Origin: Ostrea edulis
Lineage: Eukaryota
Length of the DNA: 64,000 bases
Assembly: GCF_947568905.1 (NCBI RefSeq)
Contig: NC_079167.1
Coordinates: 17,856,001-17,920,000, forward strand
Direction: 5' to 3'
Shown: in pieces, positions 48,348-60,732 of the stretch
Layout of the letters: each line of letters opens with the position of its first letter
How positions within the stretch are numbered: position 1 is the first letter of the stretch
Notes under the pieces: model-generated
Told to the model about the DNA's origin: nothing
The model's input: only the letters and a program-made list of their open reading frames with translations
Databases searched by the model: none
Program-made: the position numbers and the translations under genes

Positions 48348-49471
48348 AAGAGGGGTTACAATAAGCTACTGTTCAAGGAGGAAAAAAGAAAAGGAAGTGC
48401 AAGTAAAAATATTAAAAGATGAAATATCTATTCAGAAATTGCCAGAAACAATGACAACTCAAGCCAGCAAAGTATTTCTTAAGCTTGGAGAAAAGAAATG
48501 ATGTAAATAAAACAATATTTAAACTTGCTCAGGACAGTAGTAATATCATAACAGAGCAGTCTGATATCTTGGCAGAAATGTTGAAGCTTTAACGGCACTA
48601 AAAACATGAAAAATGATAAAAGTCCTGGAAGCGATGGCTTTGCTGAATTGTTTTGTTTTTTTTAATTCTTTTGGAAAGATGTTGGACAATTTCTTATTAG
48701 ATCACTTAATTATGGATTTCAAAAAGGAGAATTATCAATTTCACAAAAGCAAGGAATTATCTCCATCGTACCAAAGGAAGATAAAACAAGAGAATTTCTT
48801 AAAAAGTGGTGTCCAATATCTTTACTTAATGTCTCATACAAAATTGCCTCTGCATGCATTGCAAATTGAATAAAAGGTGTTTTAGATTATCTTATACATG
48901 ACAACCAAAAAGGATATCTCAAAAATAGATTTATTGGTGAAAATACACGTATAGTTTATTATGTTCTTCGATGTTTGCAGAACAGACTTATACCAGGAAT
49001 TATTTGGTTATTGGTTTTGAACAAGTATTTCACTCAATTTCGTGGAAATTTATGTACAAAACACTAAAATTCTTCAACTTTGGTCCTGGCCTTATTAGAT
49101 GGATACATGTACTTTATAATCAGGCTCAAATGTGTGTTATTCAAAATGGTATATTCTCACAATTTTTCAAAATAGGGAGGGGCTGTCGACAAGGGAACCC
49201 TGTTTTTCCCTATATATTTAATCTCTGTGTAAAAATCATGGGATATATGATAAGACAAAACAAAAACATAAAAGGAATAAAGATTGGCAAAGAAAAAATA
49301 TGTTTACTTGAATATGCTGATGACACTGTAATATTTCTAGATGGTTCAGAAAAAAGCTTTAAAGAGACTTTTAGATCTTCGTTTTCAATTTTCCAAATTT
49401 TCAGGACTTAACCAAACATCACAAAAACGAAAGCTTTATAGATTGGTTCCAAAATTAACTCATCTGACATA
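48348..49471 (+). mobile_element. Decayed L1/Tx1-clade LINE ORF2 (reverse transcriptase) fragment; resumes at ~50845-51000
   Basis: IRGVTISYCSRRKK, NDKSPGSDG, ELSISQKQGIISIVPK, PISLLNVSYKIAS, RGCRQGNPVFPYIF and YADD motifs, with several stops and frameshifts. Confidence 0.92.
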
Positions 49472-49474
49472 TTA

Positions 49475-50841
49475 GGCCACAGGTTTTTTTTTTTTATTTC
49501 TTGGTTTACGGATCCGCCGACCCTAATTTCTGTGCAATCGGGAAAAAAAATAAAATGCAAATTTCTACTTTTTTTTTTAATTCCGCCGATTCTTTATTCC
49601 GTATCTTTGAAAACCATGTAAACATATATGGCACCGATGACAGTAACGATACCTATAGTCGTTCTTGTCGACGAAATAGATGCCAGATGACATTTTTCCA
49701 AAAAAAAGGGATTGATAGAAATAAATATTTCTCATACAATTGGCGGTATTCTTGTAGTGCTATTTGGGTGTTTAAGGGTGAGGGGAAGGTACATTGTGGC
49801 GACTTTACTAGATACTAAGATAGGATCAGATGCACAGGCACTTGTTTCTGTAAATACCTTACGACCTCTGTATACTAATAATATCCAGAGGTCGTAAGTT
49901 ATTACCCGTGATCAGTTCTTGATATCGTTAAGTGACAATGTCCTACGGACTCGGGTTGAGTGTGGTGAGGGCCTGTCCCGAGACACGGTTAGATTATTCT
50001 AACTAGTTACTTTATACCACAACAGTACATGCCATAATAAACGTATTTGAATATATGTACGTTCATCCCTGCCGTCAAAAATCCAAATAGAGAATAGAGC
50101 AGTGTGAGAAATTGTTAGACGCTTTTGATACTTTATGAACGCCCGTTAAAAATACGACGAATTCCCAGACGAAACTCGGAAAGGTATGCATATTTCTCGA
50201 AAATTAGTACACCTTGTGTAGTGGTGGAAAGAATTTGAGTACCAAATAAAAATGAAAAACACTTAACACTTTTTCAAAAAAGGTGGTAGAGAATTCCAAG
50301 GGCATATCTATGTGGGGGAAAATGGGGTTAAAAATTATTTCATGGGGTATAAACATTCTGAAATTAAAAATGGAATTACTACATAAAATTGTAATAGTGC
50401 TTATGTATTAAATTTTTTCATTATATTTACAATTTGTAAATGTAAAATCTAAAAATGTTGAGCATATACAGCAAAATTACTGAACAACGTAATATAAATA
50501 TTGGATACTTTACAACACCAAAGAGATATGACCTTACACATTTTCTCAGCTTATGCTTTACCAAAGTGTAACATAGACAATAATTATACACTGAATTTGA
50601 AATTGCATTTTTTTTCTTCAAAAGTCATAGTCACTCTAGATATTTTTAAAATCTAATATTTAAAAGTGATTTAATACATGTTTTGTTTATTTGTACTCAC
50701 AAAATGATGTTAATGGTTTATTGAAAATAAAATGATGGTAGATATTAAAAATGTTTATTTTATTTTTATTTTTATTTCTCCCTACCGACCCCAATTCCTT
50801 TTTTTTAAATCCATAAACCAAGAAATTAAAAAACTGTGGTC
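49475..50841. mobile_element. 1.37-kb non-autonomous DNA transposon flanked by TTA, nested in the Tx1 LINE
   Basis: TTA|GGCCACAGGTTTTTT ... AAAAAACTGTGGTC|TTA; the LINE-like reading continues after it (PLWYNNKI, VGDLFDGNG). Confidence 0.75.
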
Positions 50842-51094
50842 TTATGTATATGGTGGAACCTTTATGGTATAACAATAAAATCATGACTCAAAATAGGTAT
50901 GTTATTTTTTCTCTCAACATCTTTGTTCGAAAAGGGGTTTACTATTGTAGGTGACTTGTTTGATGGTAATGGCAATTATATACGTTTTAAAAGTATTATT
51001 GAAAAGGCCTAGCTGCACGTGGAAGAACTCCCTTGGTAATCTGAGGCGGAAACTTTACAAACATTCGGTAAAGTGCTGAAATTATTCAACAGCA

Positions 51095-51330
51095 TGTCTT
51101 GTCCTTCATCCAAAAGCACAGAGAGCAAGCCACATTACACTCAAACAACGCCAGACCCCATGTTGCACGAGTTGTTCTGGACTTCCCTAGTCAAGAGAAC
51201 GTCAATGCTGTTTTATCTTTCACCCACTGTACAGTGTTTGGGGTGAAATGGAACGCCGTCTATGTAACCGTCCAAATCCACTCCTGGTTGAACTGGGTCA
51301 GAAACTGAATCAAGTGTGGAGCCTTTCTGA
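51095..51330 (+). mobile_element. Tc1-family transposase relic
   Basis: NARPHVARVVLDF..QENV and, after a frameshift, WGEMERRL; these resemble the DNA.PH and W.ELKR motifs around the Tc1 DD34E catalytic core. Confidence 0.7.
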
Positions 51331-51399
51331 ACATATGTCTGAAACTAATAAACAGATGAAGTGATAAACAAAGAACACGCACGCACTCTTTCGATCCAA

Positions 51400-51830
51400 A
51401 ATCCTTGCTTGCCTATACAAAAATTCCAATATACAGTTTACCCCTTAAATTGAATAATGGTAGATACAATATTCTCACCACACACTTAACATCAATATAC
51501 AAATCAAAGATATACTTGTTGAGAAGATTTAAAAACATGCTCTTTACAGAAAAGGGAAAAATCATCAACTTTACTTGGTTTTCTTTTAAGACCAAATAAC
51601 GCACACTGTTTTCCCCGTCGTGTAATGCTAATTTAGTGTCGAACAACCAATTTAAACAAGATTCCAGATTTCGTGCCAAGTTTCTTTGATTTAAAATCTG
51701 TACATGGATGAGGAAAGAGGATGGTAAAATCATCCGCACATAAAATAAACGTGCAATTACAATCAATACTCAACGACATGCATGCATTCATATATATCAG
51801 AAATAACGGCGGACCCAAGATACACCCCTG
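51400..51830 (-). mobile_element. Decayed CR1/L2-type LINE reverse transcriptase fragment
   Basis: GPPLFLIYMN, ILCADDFTILF and NLESCLNWLFDTKLALH correspond to the LGPLLFLIYIN / YADD / W...NKL.LN motifs. Confidence 0.8.
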
Positions 51831-52859
51831 ACAAACACCACGTCATGACTCAAAGCTGGAGATTGGAGTGGTACCATTCACACACATCGTTTGGGTGGCG
51901 GCAGCTCGTGATATATATATTTGTTCAGAAGCATGATTTTATTTCAGCGTCGGCTATCCATGGTTAGGCCTAATTAGGCTTTGCATTCCTTTTTTGATGT
52001 CCGAGAGAGGAACGAAGCGTATACAAACGCATCATCTTCGCGTGGCTAGCGAAAATGATTCAAACGTGGCTATCCGACTAAATGGTTTTAAAAGGGTTTC
52101 TGCAATCCGCGGAAATTCAGAATCTAGGCTAATTTGATTCATATTTCTTCATATTTGCTTTATTTGCATACTAATGACACTTAAACATTTAACAAATTAA
52201 TAAAGCTTTCAAAATGCAAATTGCCACATACACATGTACTTATATAATAATTATATATTTATTTATTCACCAATCAAGGGCCCTCAGGGGGCACATACAA
52301 ATTAACAATTAAACATTATAAGTACATGATACAATTTACACATGTGTACCATATAGACTACATTGACATAGGTATTGAATTCTCATCACAATACTGATTG
52401 GAAATGTACTGTACAATAAGTGTGCTATATGGGAAGTAAAGTAAAACAATATTATAAAATGTTGTCACAAACACAGAGGGTACCAAGGGACGGTGCCTGA
52501 GCCAAGTCTATCAGACACTTTAAATTTATAAGCTCCCTAAATAGACCTGAAACTTGAAGAAAAACGTGTGAGTTCACAGCAGATGTCTACAAATCAAACA
52601 GGCACTCGACTTCTTCATTATTTTTAATCACTAGGCCCTATTAGATATTTAAAACGTCGAGTGCCTATGCCGTCATTTTAATTTCTTTCCCTCTTCAAAC
52701 AATGTGTTCAATATTACAATGCACTTTTAAAATTTTCCATACATACAGCACTGAGCAGCATATTTTCATACTGATGTCGTATTACAATAACCTAGATGTG
52801 TTTCCTTGAAAATAGTTTACATGTATATAACGCATTTATAAATCTTTAGCAGCTGCACA

Positions 52860-53015
52860 GATTGCGCAATAGGCTGTGTAGCCCGCCCCCCCCCGCCCCC
52901 GCCACTTATTGATCACTCCAAAACGTGTGATCAATGAGTGGTGGGGCGGGGACCAGGCTAATCTAACTTGGCCTTCACCTTCACAGATGTAAACAAGAAA
53001 CTGAAAGGAGTTGAG
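52860..53015 (+). promoter_or_regulatory. Probable promoter and non-coding first exon of the P450 gene
   Basis: GC boxes (CCCGCCCC, GGGGCGGGG) followed by a donor GAG|GTAATT near 53015. The coding ATG at 53632 sits directly after an acceptor TTTTAG. Confidence 0.4.
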
Positions 53016-53631
53016 GTAATTCAAAATAACAGCTGAACTGTAGAAGCAAAAGTAAAATGCCTCAACGTGAATGTGGATACTCCGATAGACTAGTTGTGTA
53101 CTCAGATGTTGTGATAGCAAAGTAGTAGATTTACCTGAAGTTCAGACTGAACCGAGTAGGCCCACTTTTAGTGACCTTTAATCAGTGTTAATTACTATTG
53201 AACAGTTGAAGATAGATCTGCATGATAAAACTGATTAAAGGACCTGGCCCTTTCCAATTGGTAAAAATAACGACATTTGCTCGAATTTGGGAAAAATGTT
53301 CCATGGATAAAAGAAGTTGGGAAACCAAACCAGTTCATCATATCACAGGGTCGCCCTCTCTACATGTTCGCGTCCGTCCGTTCGCCCAGAGTCCGTTCGC
53401 CATAATTCTATTATATTTATGTGCTTGAAAAGTGTGACAGCACCTTCTGACTCGTGTATTAATAGTATGGTATTTATAGTAGGAATATGGGCAACCCTGG
53501 TATTTCACCGATGATTGTCAATATGTTATGAATTGCATGTTTAGTTTGGGTTAGGATTAGGGTTCATTCTTGTATATAAAAGAATAGTAAAATATGATTA
53601 TGACATATAACATTATTTGTTTTCATTTTAG

Positions 53632-56600
53632 ATGGGAACTTCTACAGCAGCAGATGTGTTCAGGGACCCCCTGCTCATTCGAGAGACATTGTTGATAGGG
53701 GCTTTTGTTTTAGTTTTATGGTACCTGTACAAACTGTTGTTGGCTCCCTTATTCTCACCACTTCGAAAGGTACAGTAACGGCTAAACTTACTGATCCAAC
53801 ACATTTACAGGCCGGCACTCGATCTCTTAATTCTGAAAGTACTTTCTCTTCCCCAAATTTCTCTTCTTTTATATGCATGCCCATCTAAAGATGGGCCATC
53901 TTTAATTATTTGATATGGTAATACATTGATGGCATTTGTTCCATCCATCTGTGTATTAGGTTTTTGTTTTAGTTCTCATAACTTGAAAACTGTGTAAACT
54001 GATGCATCTCGGGTAGAAGGTTTGCTGCACCTTAAAGTTAGATCACTGTGACCTTTCATTACAGTAAGATGATATGGTCATGCATATATGACAAAAACCT
54101 GTCAAACTTGGTCAGTTAAATATTAAATGCATCTTGGGTAAAAGGTGTGTCACACCCTACATCAAGGTCACAGTGACCTTTAATTAAGATGACATAGCCA
54201 TGTGTGTCACAACCCTTTTTGGTGTGTGTACATTTGAGTCCTAGAATCAACATTGTCATTTGGTGTATCTATAGACAATGAAATGTACAATACTGACACA
54301 ATCTAATTAAAATAAGATATCTTCTCTAACCAATACACTGGAAAAAGATCTGACAGCATTGCATTTGATGTCATATGTTATTAAACCCCAATCCCATGAA
54401 TAATGCAATGAATATTCGACCAATAACAACAGTTTGACAAAGAATTCAAGGACAAATCAGGAATCGTTTTACTGTAGCATATTTGGATCGTAAGCGTTGA
54501 TCCCTGAAAAGTTTAAACTAATTCCAAATATCAGCGCTAAAGGATCTTATAAATACTATACATCCATTATCATTAAAATATATTTTCTGTATGTCGCATT
54601 TTAACATCGCTTATGGCTGCCACCATCTTTGATTCACAGCAAAATTTTCATGTTAACGAAAGCTGTCATTTGATTGGTCAAGTGTAAAAGGTGAAATAAC
54701 ATGACATCATACGCAATGCTGTCAGACCCTTCTCCAGTGTAGCCGTTTGAGAAGATCTGATTGAATACTGACATTTTCTGACATCTAGCCCCAGTAAAAT
54801 GGATTACAAAACTTCCAGACAGGCTATTTTCAGAGATTCTGTACTCTAAACTCTATATGTTCATTATTTGTCTTTCAATTACAAAGGTTTCACTGTATAA
54901 TCTATAATACTGTATAAAGGGTATATTCTGCAGTTTTCCATTTTTTGCAGATACGAGTATGAAATCCACAAAAGTTACAACTGCAAAAAATATATATTGA
55001 TACATATAGGTATAGATAGGTAAAATGCAACCACAGGAATTGAAAACACAGAATATAATTTGATACCTTTTAGGTATCCCGGGATCACAAAAATTTCAGA
55101 CCGTATAAAATACCCATTACACAGTAATGGGCTACAAGGTGTATGTATAGAACATATTTTGGGTACAAACCCATGCCCCTATTATAAACTCTATAAAAGT
55201 GGTCTATTATCTGAGTTTCTGACCACTCATGGAGCTATGATTATGGTCGACATAATGAGTAAGTGACCACAATACCAACGAAGTATTGTTGTATGGGACA
55301 TAATGCACATTCATTATATAAAGAAATGTACAATGAGTATACATTGTAAGTGTTCCCTCCACCATGCTGTAATACACTGTAAGTGTTCCCTCGACCATGC
55401 TGTAATACACTGTAAGTGTTCCCTCCACCATGCTGTAATACACTGTAAGTGTTCCCTCCAGCATGCTGTAATACACTGTAAGTGTTCCCTCCACCATGCT
55501 GTAATACACTGTAAGTGTTCCCTCCACCATGCTGTAATACACTGTAAGTGTTCCCTCCACCATGCTGTAATACACTGTAAGTGTTCCCTCCACCATGCTG
55601 TAATACACTGTAAGTGTTCCCTCCACCATGCTGTAATACACTGTAAGTGTTCCCTCCACTACGCTGTAATACACTGTAAGTGCACACATGCCCCCCCCCC
55701 CCCCCCCCCACAATACATGAAATGAAATTGGAATTCACCACTTTTCTAAGATGTCTAACATTGGTAGTGCTTTTTACCTTCACCGAGTTCTGACATCAGA
55801 AGTAAAAGCTGTGGGTCTGTTGGATGTGATCTTAAAATGGAAGATCACATACGTACAGTAAGCACTGGCACAATAATACACCATCACCACGACATAGGTC
55901 CAAAAAACATCACCACCACAGCCTTCAGCACCAGACATAGGTCCAAAATCCATCACCACCACTGCCTTCAGCACCAGATATAGGTCCAAAATCCATCACC
56001 ACCACAGCCTTCAGCACCAGACATAGGTCCAACCCCCCTCCCCTTAGATATGAATAAAATATTCTGGAATGTACGGTAACTGTAAAAGTACACACATGGA
56101 AGAACTATAATTTGCTTTGAATTTGGTAGTGACAACTGATTTTCTATTTTAGATACCAGGATGTCCGTATATACCACTAGTAGGAAACATGCTGGAAGCT
56201 CGTAAAGCAGAACCAATGACAAATGCAATCAGGTGTGTAATAGTACATAATCCATGTACTCGGTAGTAAGTATCAGGTGTGTATATGTACCCAGTAGTAA
56301 GTATCAGGTGTGTAATGGTACATCATAGTTAGTATCCGGTGAGTAATATGGTATATAGTTGTAAGTTTAGTGTGTATACTTGGATCTGATAGTCTTGTGT
56401 TTGTAAGTATCAGGAAAACTGCTATGATAAATGAATTTCAAAATAATGTGGAATGTTGTTCAACTAAAGTGTTACTCGTGATGCTGAAGTTATCCTGTTT
56501 GGCATAAAATTGTGTTGTTAGTTTGCTATTGACATCAATGTTCAATAAAATATCCAAATATTGAGCAAATATGGAAGACTCTGTGGTGTATTTTGCACAC

Positions 56601-59600
56601 ACAATTTCTTATGTGCAATATTTAGATTTTATATTTTGTTAGTACAGTAAAATCTCATTGTCTCAAATTCGATAAGACCAAGAAAAAACTTTGAGATATT
56701 CAAGGATTAGAGATATCGAGGGTGAAATACTTGAAGAATAAGTGGTTGGGACTTCCGAATTACTTCGACATATAATACCCATGGTACTCGAGATATTGGT
56801 GTTAAAGATACCAAAGTTTAATTGTATTATAATACATTTATTTCATGATAGTGAGGGAGAAATGAAGATTTATTCACCTAAGAAAAATCATATTCTCGGA
56901 GGGCAATGCTCAAGAGGAATATGATTTTTCTTGGGTGAATAAATCTTCATATCTCCAGAACATTCATGCAATAAATTATTTGTTTTACTGATTACAAATT
57001 TATAGGGAAAATCTTTAAAAATCTTCATCTCAAGACCACTGGGCTAGGAAAGTACAAATTTTCATGAAAGCTTCCTGACATAATGGAGCTTCAAGTTTGT
57101 TAAAATCACGACCCCCGGGGGTAGGATGGGGCCACAATAGTGATCATGTAGAGAAAATCTTTAAAAATCCTCTGAAGAAGAATCATTGGGTCTGAAAAGT
57201 TTACATTCAAATGAAAGCTTCGTGACATAGTACAGATTCAAGTTTGTAAAATCGTCTCCCCCCCCCCTCTCATCCCCCACCCCCCACCCCGGGTAGGATG
57301 GGGCTGGGGCCAGAAGAGGGGATCAAAGTTTTTCATACAAATATAGAAAATCTTTAAAAATCTTCTTCTCAAGATCCATTGGGCCATAGAAGTTTACATT
57401 TACATGAAAACTTCCTGACATAGTGCAGATTCAAGTTTGTAAAAGTCATTGCCTCTGGGGGTAGATTGGGGCCACAATAGGGATCAAAGTTTTATATGCA
57501 AATATATAGGAAAAATCTTAAAATATTGGCGAAGGTGACTCCTGGTGAGTGATATGGCCCATGGACCTCTTGTTGTATTTCCCATCTCCTTGAATGCTGA
57601 TTTACTTGCTTGTTTTTATATCAACCAAAATCAGGCGATTTAACTATATATTAGAGACCCGCATATTTTGTGCCTTACGAACTATGAAAGTACAATGACT
57701 TAATTGACTTATTGTGATGTCACAATAAACTGCATGTAGTCTACCTTGATATAAAATTTATGGAAAATGCACGGGGCTGCCAAAGGGGTGAAATAATGAG
57801 AGGGAGATATGAAGTTTTATCAACCCTGGCTGAGTGGCACGTGACTGCCTAGACCAATCAGATTACGCGTTGCATAGAATTCTCATACTGAGGTAGAATA
57901 ATATTTTTTGATATACTCTTATAAAACCTATCTCCATAATGTAGAAATGAAATTGTGATAGAGCTAAAAGTTTTGTACAGAAATATGTGTAAAGTGAACA
58001 CAGTTTTTGATTACACAATGTCTGGATTAGAGAAATTTTTTAAAATCTGCATTTGATTTGAATTCTGTGAGTAAGTAAACTTGTAAATCAAAGATGGGTT
58101 GTGCCCATTCCATTTCCTGCTGATATATAAATATGTTATGCTCCCCTTCCAAGAAGATGGACATATGCAGTTGTTGGTCAGACAGTTTGTCAATGAAATG
58201 TTGGTTAATAACATTGATAAACTAGATGTAATCTGACCACTGACCATAGAGAACTCTTCCCTTCATAATCATCAAACATCATAGTCATCAAATGTCAGCT
58301 ATAAAATGTCATAGTCATCAAATGTCCTAATTATCAAACACCATAGTCATCAAACCTTATATATAGTCATCAAATGTCACAGTCATCAAAGGCATAGTCA
58401 TCAAGGTTGAGGCCTGATATCATTTGTATTCTTGTGTCGTTGTCTTATAAATTTTTTGATATTAAATTTTTGAGACAGCAGCACAAGAATTCAACGATAA
58501 CAGACCTCAACCATTCGCAGCTTTTTGTGCGCCATAAATCGAAGGTTTTTATAAGGGGTCGATCTGTAGCTCTCTGTTCTGTCACAATATTTTTTCAGAG
58601 AGCTACAGTTCTGCAGCTAATCTTCAACGTGATTAATAGGGGTGAAACGATGCATCGCAATGCGGCCGAATTGCGATGTAGTGGTCTCGATTCGATGTTC
58701 GATTTATTCGGGGTCTGTTTCGGTTCGATACGGTTCTAAAATCATAGCACACATTGCTCTTGATAACACGGTTTCTGATTAGCCAATGGAATTGAAAATT
58801 GCCCAATCAACATACGACTAAACTTTGCTGTATCAAAATAGACGTATTCGAGTTGAAAAAATGCACCCCCAATGTATAAAAACTGGGTATGGCGTCATTT
58901 CGGCTTTAGGACAAGTGGTAAGAGTGTTGCTCTATGTTAAACATTTTTACATTATGTAGAATTTATTTACAGAGAGCAATAAATACAACGAAACATAAGA
59001 AAATCTTAGCATTAAAAAGAATTTGGTACATGCTATTGTATCGAATCGAGACTAAAGTATCGAAAATCGAATCGAGAAGGTACTGTATCGTTTCACCCCT
59101 AGTGATTAATAGACAGGTTGGTAATGACTTGTAGATGAGCCCTATTGACTAGTGATATCAGTTGAAAGGTCAGAGGTCACATAAGATTTCTCCTATACAT
59201 ACAGAAATTGTATAAACAAATTCTGCACATATACAGTACCAGTAACCATGAAACTTCACTAACCCTAACCCCTGACTGCTATTTCATGAAGAGGTGGGCC
59301 ACTAACACTAACCCCTGACTGCTATTTCATTAAGAGGTGGGCCACTAACCCTAACCCCTGACTGCTATTTCATGAAGAGGTGGGCCACTAACACTAACCC
59401 CTGACTGCTATTTCATGAAGAGGTGGGCCACTAACCCTAACCCCTGACTGCTATTTCATGAAGATATGGGCCACTAACCCTGACCCCTGACTGCTATTTC
59501 ATGAAGAGGTGGGCCACTAACACTAACCCCTGACTGCTATTTCATGAAGAGATGGGCCACTAACACTAACCCCTGACTGCTATTTCATGAAGAGGTGGGC

Positions 59601-60732
59601 CACTAACCTAACCCCTGACTGCTATTTCATGAAGAGGTGGGCCACTAACCTAACCCCTGACTGCTATTTCATGAAGAGGTGGGCCACTAACACTAACCCC
59701 TGACTGCTATTTCATTAAGAGGTGGTCCACTAACCCTAACCCCTGACTGCTATTTCATGAAGAGGTGGGCCACTAACACTAACCCCTGACTGCTATTTCA
59801 TTAAGAGGTGGTCCACTAACCCTAACCCCTGACTGCTATTTCATGAAGAGGTGGGCCACTAACCCTGACCCCTGACTGCTATTTCATGAAGAGATGGGCC
59901 ACTAACACTAACCCCTGACTGCTATTTCATGAAGAGGTGGGCCACTAACCTAACCCCTGACTGCTATTTCATGAAGAGATGGGCCACTAACCCTAACCCC
60001 TGACTGCTATTTCATGAAGAGGTGGGCCACTAACCCTGACCCCTGACTGCTATTTCATGAAGAGGTGGGCCACTAACCTAACCCCTGACTGCTATTTCAT
60101 GAAGAGGTGGGCCACTTACCCTAACTCCTGACTGCTATTTCATGAAGAGGTGGGCCACCAACACTAACCCCTGACTGCTATTTCATGAAGAGATGGGCCA
60201 CTAACCCTAACCCCTGACTGCTATTTCATGAAGAGGTGGGCCACTAACCCTAACCCCTGACTGCTATTTCATGAAGAGGTGGGCCACTAACCCTAACCCC
60301 TGACTGCTATTTCATGAAGAGGTGGGCCACTAACCCTGACCCCTGACTGCTATTTCATGAAGAGAAGGGCCACTAACCCTAACCCCTGACTGCTATTTCA
60401 TGAAGAGGTGGGCCACTAACCCTAACCCCTGACTGCTATTTCATGAAGAGGTGGGCCACTAACCCTAACCCCTGACTGCTATTGATTTTATGTCAATATA
60501 TTTGTATCACCACATTTTCTACATATTGATTTCAGGTTGAGGGGAAAGGAATACATACATTTTCCAACATTTCTTGTTTCCTTTACAGGTGGATGAAAAA
60601 GTATAAATCAAAGATCATTCGATTTTATTACTTTGGAGGGCAGGAGAGACTCTTGGTTGCAGATCCAGAAGTCTGCCGACAAGTTTTGGTCACCAACAGC
60701 CGTAATTACAATCGATCAGATGTATTATCATT
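53632..60732 (+). CDS. Cytochrome P450, N-terminal exons only; join(53632-53769,56153-56232,60589-60732), continues beyond the window
   Basis: N-terminal membrane anchor LLIGAFVLVLWYLYKLLL, basic linker SPLRK, proline-rich hinge IPGCPYIPLVGNM, then WMKKYKSKIIRFYYFGGQERLLVADPEVCRQVLVTNSRNYNR, typical of the microsomal P450 beta1/B-helix region. Splice phases are consistent. The heme motif is not in the window, so the family is unassigned. Confidence 0.88.
55345..55685. repeat. 33-bp minisatellite, ~10 copies (CACTGTAAGTGTTCCCTCCACCATGCTGTAATA)
   Basis: Read directly; lies in P450 intron 1. Confidence 0.95.
55880..56035. repeat. ~43-bp repeat, ~3.5 copies (GACATAGGTCCAAAATCCATCACCACCACAGCCTTCAGCACCA)
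   Basis: Read directly. Confidence 0.85.
56645..56824. mobile_element. Tigger-like MITE with TA TSD
   Basis: TA|CAGTAAAATCTC ... GTTTAATTG|TA with internal TCGAGATA repeats. Confidence 0.6.
56837..56975. mobile_element. Palindromic MITE-like element
   Basis: ATGAAGATTTATTCACCTAAGAAAAATCATATTC / GAATATGATTTTTCTTGGGTGAATAAATCTTCAT arms. Confidence 0.7.
57003..57574 (+). mobile_element. HINE 3' fragment with ~3 diverged Cg170-type units
   Basis: Satellite monomers plus the GGCCCATGGACCTCTTGTT terminus. Confidence 0.75.
58637..59101. mobile_element. hAT non-autonomous element with TIR TAGGGGTGAAACGAT and 8-bp TSD GTGATTAA
   Basis: TIR and TSD (58629-58636 and 59102-59109) read directly; subterminal ATCGA repeats. 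Confidence 0.92.
59258..60480. repeat. 43-bp minisatellite, ~28 copies, containing the telomere-like CTAACCCTAACCC
   Basis: CACTAACCCTAACCCCTGACTGCTATTTCATGAAGAGGTGGGC units read directly. Confidence 0.95.

Noticed and set aside
55207-55783. Three long overlapping repetitive ORFs (e.g. HAVIHCKCSLH repeats, resembling a Cys/His metal-binding protein)
   Set aside because: They result from a 33-bp (multiple of 3) minisatellite in P450 intron 1 and are open on both strands, with no splice or start context.
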